Of a stretch of DNA of 64,000 bases, positions 56,624 to 64,000 are shown one piece after another. Position 1 is the first letter of the stretch; each line of letters opens with the position of its first letter. The stretch is from a virus. The translations under genes and the position numbers were made by a program. The stretch lies in IMG/VR virus record IMGVR_UViG_3300033067_000817. One strand, 5' to 3'. The notes under the pieces are model-generated. The model searched no databases, was not told where the DNA came from, and saw only the letters and a list, made by a program, of their open reading frames with translations.

Positions 56624-59018
56624 GAAGCTCCTTAAAGATCCAATAGTGACAGAGAACGCTCTTAAGGTATTAGAAGAACGGTACTTAGCTAAGAATGATT
56701 TCGGTGAGATCATCGAAACTCCTAAGCAAATGTACATGAGAGTAGCTGAAGCTGTTGCTTCTGCTGAAGAAGATGACAAGGCTAGAACCTATTATGCTCA
56801 TATGTTTTATAACATAATGGCATCTAATGAGTTCATGCCTAATAGTCCTACGCTGATGAATGCTGGACGTAGACTAGGAATGTTATCAGCATGCTTTGTG
56901 TTACCTGTAGAGGATGACCTTGATAAGATCTTCGATTCTGTTAAAGCTACTGCAATGGTCCAAAGGGCGGGCGGGGGAACCGGCTATAATTTTAGCAATC
57001 TGCGTCCTAACGGTAGCATTGTTAAGTCTAGTGGGGGCACTACTGCTGGCCCTCTTTCTTTCATAGACGTATTCTCACAAGCTACCAGTACAATACAACA
57101 GGGCGCGTTCCGTCGTGGTGCCAATATGGGCATCATGAATATAGACCATCCTGATATCATTGCATTCATTCAAGCTAAAGAAGATCTAACTCGTTGGCAG
57201 AACTATAACATCTCTGTTGGTATGACAGATGAGTTCATGTCAACACTAGAGACTCAACCTAGAATGCAACACAGAGTTTACCATAAGGAATGGGGTACTG
57301 GTGGTCTCTATAAGAAAGATGGCAAAGTTATAGCCATTAAAGACTACAGTACAGAAGGTAAAACACCTGATGCACCTTATGAAAAATGGACTGTAGGTGA
57401 TACATGGGATTTGATATGCAAGAGAGCCTGGTCTACTGGTGAGCCAGGCTTGTTCTTTATAGATGAAGCCAATAGATTTGATCCTATTGCACATCTTGGT
57501 AGAATAACAAGCACTAATCCATGTGGAGAACAACCACTACACGCGTGGGATTCTTGCAACCTTGGTAGCATTAACCTATCGCTAATGGTTGACGACCAAG
57601 GCTTTGACTGGGATCAGTTCAGACATGTTATACAGTTAGGAGTTAGATTCCTAGATAACGTAGTAACAGTTAACAACTATCCATTGCCACAGATCCGTGA
57701 GATGTCTAGCAAGACTAGACGTATTGGTTTAGGTGTAATGGGTTTTGCTGACTTACTATTTAAGCTAGGTATACCATATAACTCTGAGTCTGCAACGCTT
57801 TTAGCAGAGTCTCTTAGCAACTTCTTAAAGACAGAAGCCGAGCAAGAGTCTCAACATCTTGGTAAGATAAAAGGTAACTATGGAGCATACATAGGTTCAA
57901 AACATCATAAGAAAGATGTGCCTATGCGTAATTCATATGTAACTACTATTGCTCCTACTGGTACTATTAGTATCATAGCTAATTGCTCTGGTGGTATTGA
58001 ACCTATATTCGGTTTATCATTCAAGCGTACGGTAATGCCTGATGCTAATGGTGTCTTCAAAGAAATGTATGAAGACAATCCACACTGGCTCAAGGCTTTA
58101 TCTAAGCTAGACCCAGATAAAGCTAAGCGCTATAGAGAAGCAGCTAGAGCTCATGGCTATTTGCCAGATGATATAGTTAGAGCAGACTCAGTAGGTCAAG
58201 AGCTTCAAAGTGTATTTGTTACTGCACATGAGATAGAACCTCTAGAGCATGTAGCTATGCAGGCTGCATGGCAAACTCATATTGATAGTGCTGTATCAAA
58301 GACTATCAATATACCTCATGATGCAGATATAAGAGTAGTATCAGATGCCTATTGGGAAGCTTACTGGACTAAATGCAAAGGTATTACAGTCTATCGTGAT
58401 GGCTGCAGAGACAATGTGGCTGGCATGAAGCAGCCTATGAGTATTGAAAAGCCAACTGAACTTCATACTGTTGAATCTTCAGGTATAGTTAACCCCAAGC
58501 CACCTGAGTCTCCATCAGGTAGTATTCCTACAGATGTCTTCCAATCATTTAGGACTCAGATCAAAACACAATTCGGTAATCTGCATGTGCACACCGTGCT
58601 CAACGAACAGGGCACAGCAGAGACAGAAGTCTTTGCCCAGCTCGGTAAGGCAGGAGACCTCATTGCAGCAGACCTCGAAGCAATCTGCCGGTTGGCATCG
58701 ATGGCTCTTAAGAATGGTGCCTCGATTGAGAAAGTAATAGAGCAATTAGAAGGCATTGGTACTACACATATCATGCCTAGTGAACATGGTAAGATCACAT
58801 CAATGCCTGACGCACTAGCTAAGGCTCTAAAGAAGTATGTCAAACATAAACACTCCAGAGAAAATGTATCCGCTACAGGTGATACACCTGTTACAAAAAG
58901 CGGACGAGATAAGACAGAGTCAAGCTATGGAATCAAATGCCCCGCATGTAGTATCGGTACCCTTGCCTTCCAAGAGGGATGCAAGAAGTGCCACAGCTGT
59001 GGATTTTCAGCCTGTTAA
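56556..59018 (+). CDS. nrdJ: ribonucleotide reductase, class II (adenosylcobalamin-dependent, NrdJ-like) with C-terminal zinc ribbon
   Basis: NALKVLEERYLAKNDFGEIIETPKQMYMRVA N-terminal block, TNPCGEQPL active-site motif, SCNLGSINL, and C-terminal CPACS..CKKCHSC. Start chosen at the internal ATG 56556 (ORF track starts at 56451). Confidence 0.85.
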   Translation: MTQQTPQPKQPTSPTKTSTILDEKLLKDPIVTENALKVLEERYLAKNDFGEIIETPKQMYMRVAEAVASAEEDDKARTYYAHMFYNIMASNEFMPNSPTLMNAGRRLGMLSACFVLPVEDDLDKIFDSVKATAMVQRAGGGTGYNFSNLRPNGSIVKSSGGTTAGPLSFIDVFSQATSTIQQGAFRRGANMGIMNIDHPDIIAFIQAKEDLTRWQNYNISVGMTDEFMSTLETQPRMQHRVYHKEWGTGGLYKKDGKVIAIKDYSTEGKTPDAPYEKWTVGDTWDLICKRAWSTGEPGLFFIDEANRFDPIAHLGRITSTNPCGEQPLHAWDSCNLGSINLSLMVDDQGFDWDQFRHVIQLGVRFLDNVVTVNNYPLPQIREMSSKTRRIGLGVMGFADLLFKLGIPYNSESATLLAESLSNFLKTEAEQESQHLGKIKGNYGAYIGSKHHKKDVPMRNSYVTTIAPTGTISIIANCSGGIEPIFGLSFKRTVMPDANGVFKEMYEDNPHWLKALSKLDPDKAKRYREAARAHGYLPDDIVRADSVGQELQSVFVTAHEIEPLEHVAMQAAWQTHIDSAVSKTINIPHDADIRVVSDAYWEAYWTKCKGITVYRDGCRDNVAGMKQPMSIEKPTELHTVESSGIVNPKPPESPSGSIPTDVFQSFRTQIKTQFGNLHVHTVLNEQGTAETEVFAQLGKAGDLIAADLEAICRLASMALKNGASIEKVIEQLEGIGTTHIMPSEHGKITSMPDALAKALKKYVKHKHSRENVSATGDTPVTKSGRDKTESSYGIKCPACSIGTLAFQEGCKKCHSCGFSAC

Positions 59019-59191
59019 TGAGCCAATGAAAAGCAACACAAGCTTATTCGATCTTATTCAAGATAACACTAGTCAACTAGTAGATGTCTATATCAAGATT
59101 GAAGCTATGCCAATAGATGAGATAGCAGAGATGCAAAACTCTTTAGATTCTTATGCAATAAATATCATAGGTATAAGAGTAGCAAACTAAA

Positions 59192-59227
59192 GGCTTAATG
59201 TCCAGTTTTTTAGTAGAAAAATTCAGA
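59192..59227 (+). promoter_or_regulatory. bipartite promoter-like motif GGCTTAATGTCC-N15-AAATTCAGA, copy 2
   Basis: Same boxes and 15-nt spacing as 46484-46520. About 10 nt upstream of the ORF at 59236. Confidence 0.5.
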
Positions 59228-59478
59228 AAGAAAAAATGACACCTATAGAAGCAGCTCAAGCTATACATAGCCTTACTGAAAAGATTAAGCCTATGGCTGA
59301 GTCTATACAAAAGGCTGGGTATCTTACTGGAAGTGGACCTGAGTTTCGTAGATCATTGTTAGTAGTAGAGTTAGCAGACATAAACAATAAGTTTACTAAC
59401 AACCCTATACATATGATTTGCAAGAAGAAACTAAGGAGCACTGCGCCTTACAAGAAGTGTAAGGTTAGCGGCAAATAA

Positions 59479-59874
59479 ATGAAACGAAGCATTCTTAAGG
59501 AATGCCTAAGGATATCTAAGCTACATAATACCCCTGAATCTCACCCCGACTGGGGGAGCTATCATCACTATTCATTTATCATTCAAAAGAATAAGATAAT
59601 AGAGTGGGGAACAAATAGCGGGGGTGGTGGTCTAAACCATTGGGGTTTCAAATCCAATAGGCATAAGATACATTCAGAAACACGGGCCTTCACAAGGGCC
59701 CGTGGTCTTTTAGATAAGAACAAGTCCTTTGAAGTAGTCAACATACGACTCAACAAGCTAGGAGACCTCAGAGTCTCAGCACCTTGTAAGTGTTGCTGTC
59801 GCTTCTTGCAAGCTATGGACTGTAGTAAGATATGGTTTAGCACTGAAGCTGGGTGGGCTTCTATGAAAGTTTGA
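59479..59874 (+). CDS. cytidine/deoxycytidylate deaminase-fold zinc-binding protein
   Basis: HSETRAF (H-x-E) and SAPCKCCCRFL (PCxxC) zinc-ligand motifs with CDA-like spacing. Confidence 0.5.
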   Translation: MKRSILKECLRISKLHNTPESHPDWGSYHHYSFIIQKNKIIEWGTNSGGGGLNHWGFKSNRHKIHSETRAFTRARGLLDKNKSFEVVNIRLNKLGDLRVSAPCKCCCRFLQAMDCSKIWFSTEAGWASMKV

Positions 59875-60624
59875 TATGGCAAAGATAAACATTCAAGAAA
59901 ACAAACGTATACTTTTTAGTAGTATCCAACCTGGATGTATATTTCTATACTACAAGGTTGCCTATATTAAAATTGTAGAAGTATACTCTAAAAACTGTGT
60001 TGATTTAAATACTGGTTTTGGATATAAGCTTGACCCTAAATGTCCTATACTATTGCCACAAGAAGCTACAATAGAAATCAAAATAACATGAGCAAACTAA
60101 ACATTATAACTTCAGTAAAGCCCACTATACCTTGGGTAGACTTTGGAAAGCTATCTCCAGGACAGGTATTTAAATGGGCTGGTGAGTTAAACAAAACCTA
60201 CATGAAGCTATATAAAACAGAGTCTTCAATGAATGCTGTTGATCTTACTACTGGTTATTGCACAGACTTTGAACCAGACGCAGGCGTCTTGGCTACTAGT
60301 AAAGCTACATTGGGTGTGGAGTTTCCTGCATGAGTAAGTTAGTTACAAAAATCCAAGTCCCTAAGTGTAAAGACATTGAACTTGAATATCTTAGACCAGG
60401 TGATGTCTTTATGTTTAATAATAAGCTTCATATAATGACTAGTGCATCTAGTACTCCTAGATATATTAAAGCATTAGACTTAGAAGACTTTACTATATGG
60501 GACTTGCAAAAACAAGACATAGTAGTCCCTGTTGAAAGTGCAGTGCTAGATATCAAGAAGTGATGACTGTTTTTGTTTTTCCTTTTTGATTTGATCATTC
60601 CTTTGGTAAGTAAGTAAAAATAAT

Positions 60625-61920
60625 ATGGCTAAGACATCAACACAAAACAAGAACTGTTCACACTGCGGCTCCAAGTGGAAGAAGGCACACAAGCCTAACT
60701 GCTCACGTCCTAATGCACGTAGAGCACCCAAGGCCCCGGTGCCGGTTCCTCATCACGTTCAAGCTACGATGAACTTCCCGACTCATACACAGACCTGTGG
60801 TCCTGTCTCTACTCAGACAGCATTGACCCAGAGCTTCGTCAAGAGAATGCCGGGCACTCCTGCTAATCCTCCTGCTGTAGCTAAGAAGCTAGTCAATAGA
60901 GTCGTTTGGATTCTTGATGATAGTGGTTCGATGGCAGGCCTAAGAGAAAAGGCTCTTCAATACATTGAACGTGACATGCTAGACTTCAAGGCAGCTGCCA
61001 AGACCAATGATCAGCCGACCTATATGAGTGTTTATCAGTTCTCTGATAATGTCGTAAAGCTAATGGATCAAGTATACTTTGAAGCTGCATCTATGCCAGC
61101 AACAAACAATACATCTGGCATGACAGCTTTATATGACGCTATTGGCATGGCTATTCAAGATATAAATAGACAAGCCGACATTAATGATTCTAATGTTAGT
61201 GTTCTTATTAAGATCATAACTGACGGTCAAGAAAATGCGTCTCATCATTTCAAGCGAGATCAACTTATAGCTATGATCAAAGCTGGACATGACACCGGCC
61301 GCTGGAGCATTGGCTATAGTGGTCCTCTAGGCTGCAGAGCTTACGCAGCAGGCTTAGGTATTCCTGATGGTAACATCTTGGAATGGGAACAAACTGTAGC
61401 AGGTGTAGGCATAATGGCAGCTGCAAACTACTCAGCTACCCAAAGCTATATGTCCACCAGATCTGCTGGTGGTACTGCTATCAGTGGCATGTACTCCACT
61501 GACTTATCTAAGGTCAACGCTAACACCCTCAATCAAATGACTGACTTGTCTTCAGAGTTCCATTGCTGGACTGTTGATAAGGGCGAAGTTGAGATCAGCG
61601 ACTTCGTTAACAGCAAGCTCAATGCTAACTCTGTCCTATCTAAGAAGGTTGGTGGTGTTATCCAATTGGGTCGTGCCTATTACCAGCTCACTAAGACTGA
61701 GAAGGTACAGGCTGCTAAGGACATGCTCCTACTTAACAAGGCTACTGGCCGCATCTATGGTGGTGCACAAGCCCGTACGCTTATAGGCCTTCCTGCTAAT
61801 GTTGATATCAAGGTGACGCCTGGTAACCATGCGAACTTTGATGTCTTCGTTAGAAGCACTTCTACTAACCGTAAACTCGTAAGAGGTACGAAGCTCTTGT
61901 ACCGGACTGGCGCTGTGTAA
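60625..61920 (+). CDS. vWA domain protein with basic, Cys-containing N-terminus
   Basis: VVWILDDSGSMAGL MIDAS motif. N-terminal CSHCGSKWKKAHKPNC. Confidence 0.5.
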   Translation: MAKTSTQNKNCSHCGSKWKKAHKPNCSRPNARRAPKAPVPVPHHVQATMNFPTHTQTCGPVSTQTALTQSFVKRMPGTPANPPAVAKKLVNRVVWILDDSGSMAGLREKALQYIERDMLDFKAAAKTNDQPTYMSVYQFSDNVVKLMDQVYFEAASMPATNNTSGMTALYDAIGMAIQDINRQADINDSNVSVLIKIITDGQENASHHFKRDQLIAMIKAGHDTGRWSIGYSGPLGCRAYAAGLGIPDGNILEWEQTVAGVGIMAAANYSATQSYMSTRSAGGTAISGMYSTDLSKVNANTLNQMTDLSSEFHCWTVDKGEVEISDFVNSKLNANSVLSKKVGGVIQLGRAYYQLTKTEKVQAAKDMLLLNKATGRIYGGAQARTLIGLPANVDIKVTPGNHANFDVFVRSTSTNRKLVRGTKLLYRTGAV

Positions 61921-62570
61921 TGGCGAGCTCAAATGTAATTCTACCTACAGTTAAAAGTAAAGGTGAGAAAGAAAGATCTATTGCAGTAGCTAAAGATGTA
62001 TTAGAACAACTTAAGCTAGGCAAGTTTATTGCTGCTCATGTTTATGTAGATCCAAAGTACTCTCAAAATGTTGAGGCCGGCTGGAACGGACCCGCTTGTA
62101 CTTTAGATGTACAAAAAGCTCTTAAGCAAAACAAGATAGTAAAATGTCATGTTTGTGCAATGGGCTCTGTCTTTATGTCATATGCTAATCTGTACAATAG
62201 CGTTACTACAGATGACATACATACAAGCAACGGTGTGTCTACATCCTCAATGTATGATACATTAAAAGATACTTTTACATTAAAAGAATGCATTCTAATA
62301 GAATGGGCATATGAAAAAGGTATGTCGGATATTCTATCTTTTAATCTTAAAAGCTCCGATGCCGAAGGCTATATTATAGCTTGGAATACAGACTATTATC
62401 ACAGTGAGTCACTAGATGAGGCTATTAATTCTGATTCTGCTATAGTCATTACATGTGAAGAGCTAAATAAGGCTAAGAAATTTGGCACGAAGTATCGAGG
62501 CTCTCGTAATAGACTAGAAGCTATTATGAAAAAGATAATTAGAGACAAAGGAGTCTTTGGCTTCAAATGA
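61920..62570 (+). CDS. hypothetical protein
   Basis: 216-aa ORF. Start overlaps the upstream stop (TAATG). Confidence 0.35.
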   Translation: MASSNVILPTVKSKGEKERSIAVAKDVLEQLKLGKFIAAHVYVDPKYSQNVEAGWNGPACTLDVQKALKQNKIVKCHVCAMGSVFMSYANLYNSVTTDDIHTSNGVSTSSMYDTLKDTFTLKECILIEWAYEKGMSDILSFNLKSSDAEGYIIAWNTDYYHSESLDEAINSDSAIVITCEELNKAKKFGTKYRGSRNRLEAIMKKIIRDKGVFGFK

Positions 62571-63367
62571 ATAAAGAAGTAAAAGCCAAATGGCTTAAGG
62601 CTTTGAAGGCTAAGCGTAACGGCAAGAAGGTCTATAGAAAAGCCAAAGGCTCGCTTAGACATCGTGGTGGATACTGTTGCTTAGGTGTATTATGCAACAT
62701 ATCTAAGCTCGGCAAATGGGACGAAGACAACTACTATATTACCGAAAAAGACTTAGACAACACTGAGCTTCCAAAGGATGTCTCTTGCTGGGCAAAGATA
62801 AGTCCCGATGAGGAGATTGATCTTATTAGACTGAACGACGATCACGACAAAGGATGGAAGCAAGTAATAGCATACATAGAAAATAATCTATGAGACTATC
62901 GGGACAGTAGATCCTACATAAGTATAGTATAGATAGGGGATGTAATTAAATACAGCGATCGATACCTGGCGCAAGTGTATCAACAAGATCATCTTCACAC
63001 CCCTGCGCTACATCGTTAACTCTATCTATAAAGACCCCTATACTTTAGTAGGAACTCTGGGATGGAGGGCATCATTAACTAACAACTAATGTTGAGGCAC
63101 GCCACGCGTGTCGGGCCCGATGGTCATGAGATACATAAATGAGTAGGCAAACAGGGGATTAAACCCATACGTAAGGGGCCATAGGTTATAGCGCTTGGAC
63201 ATTTAAAAGAGGACTGTAGTGCACTGTTCAGAAGCTCCCTAAGTGAAACCAAGTAAAATATCCGACTGGCAAGTCTAGAACTACATGCTATGGTGTGATG
63301 CCGTAGCTGCCTACTTGTTTTTTTATACTTACAGAATACATAGTTAAACAAATCAAAGGAATAATAT

Positions 63368-63769
63368 ATGATAACAGATACAATTGAAATAGTTTCTAAG
63401 GTCATTCATGCTAAGTATAAAAGTAGCCAGTTGACTAAGAAAGATATTGCAGAGAAAACCAATTTAGCGCTTAACACAATCAACAACGCTATCACTGGTA
63501 AGAATATGACACTAAACTCTATGCTCCTTATAATGGATGCATTGGGTATGAATATGAAGGACCTAGTTGACGAAGCCGAAAAGCTAGGCCTTAAGTTTCC
63601 AAAGCCAGGGGCTAAGCCCGTTGGGGTTAATGTCCCTGAGGTTAAGAAACTCCTAGATCAAGGGCAGTCTACCATGCAGGTAGCTGCAAAGATAGGCGTA
63701 GAAGAAAAAGAACTAAAGGAAATAGTTCAAGCTTCTTCACCCGAGATGAGCATGTTCGAGATCAAGTAA
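63368..63769 (+). CDS. XRE-family helix-turn-helix regulator
   Basis: LTKKDIAEKTNLALNTINNAITGK helix-turn-helix. Confidence 0.5.
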   Translation: MITDTIEIVSKVIHAKYKSSQLTKKDIAEKTNLALNTINNAITGKNMTLNSMLLIMDALGMNMKDLVDEAEKLGLKFPKPGAKPVGVNVPEVKKLLDQGQSTMQVAAKIGVEEKELKEIVQASSPEMSMFEIK

Positions 63770-64000
63770 GATCAATGTAGCACTAGCAAACTAGTGTTAC
63801 ATTTAAGGTAGCCGGTTCCTATGACATACCAATATCGTGACCACTCTTTATCCTCTTACGATACTTATCTAATGGCTAGAGAGTATCTTGAAAAGGAAAA
63901 TGTAGAAGTTTCAAAAGAAAACTTCAGGGCTTTATGCAATACATTGGTGACATATATGTCATTGTATTATAAAGCTGCCAGAGAAAGCATAGCCAATGAT

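Noticed and set aside
1-64000. Prophage or integrated mobile element interpretation (integrase, att sites, transposase)
   Set aside because: No integrase, transposase or recombinase-type genes, and no flanking direct repeats, were found. Gene content is replication, transcription and tRNA machinery typical of a lytic jumbo phage.

Overview
This 64-kb window reads as part of a large lytic (jumbo-type) phage genome. Almost all coding is on the + strand, the sequence is AT-rich with a few GC-richer islands, and genes are tightly packed with frequent start/stop overlaps. Replication and nucleotide-metabolism genes I can support: a DnaE-type Pol III alpha with PHP domain, an ATP-dependent DNA ligase, a RecA/UvsX-like recombinase, two Hjc-like resolvases, a family-4 UDG plus a divergent UDG-like paralog, a class II ribonucleotide reductase, an adenylosuccinate-synthetase homolog and a CDA-fold deaminase. 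There are two fragments of a split multisubunit RNA polymerase (a beta-prime-like piece with DHDGD and a beta-like piece with NRHGGKGV). Host-takeover or anti-defence-type genes include a macro domain, a SpoT-type HD (p)ppGpp hydrolase, a YpsA/SLOG protein, an SPFH protein, GroES-like and ClpP-like proteins, a MoxR ATPase next to an HExxH-vWA protein, and further vWA proteins. Two accessory RNA-rich regions stand out. Region 1 (about 9.7-17.1 kb) holds canonical tRNAs (Lys, Tyr, Met, two with Leu-type anticodons), two HNH homing endonucleases on the minus strand, and at least five 105-152-nt tRNA-like long elements. Region 2 (24.5-25.9 kb) holds tRNA-Phe, a class II tRNA and three circularly permuted tRNA-like modules (T-arm, closed acceptor-like hairpin, D-arm), each bracketed by a conserved 20-nt motif and sitting immediately upstream of a Ro60/TROVE-vWA (Rsr-like) gene. 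That combination suggests a phage Ro60 plus Y-RNA-like module. A retron-type reverse transcriptase (NAxxH, QGxxxSP, FADD and ITG motifs, close to Ec86 RT) overlaps an Hjc-like nuclease gene upstream and is followed by a small ORF and a structured AT-rich intergenic region. Its ncRNA was not located. All calls come from reading the sequence and the supplied ORF track. No searches were run, so family assignments rest on motif recall and should be confirmed with HHpred/BLAST, tRNAscan-SE and Infernal.
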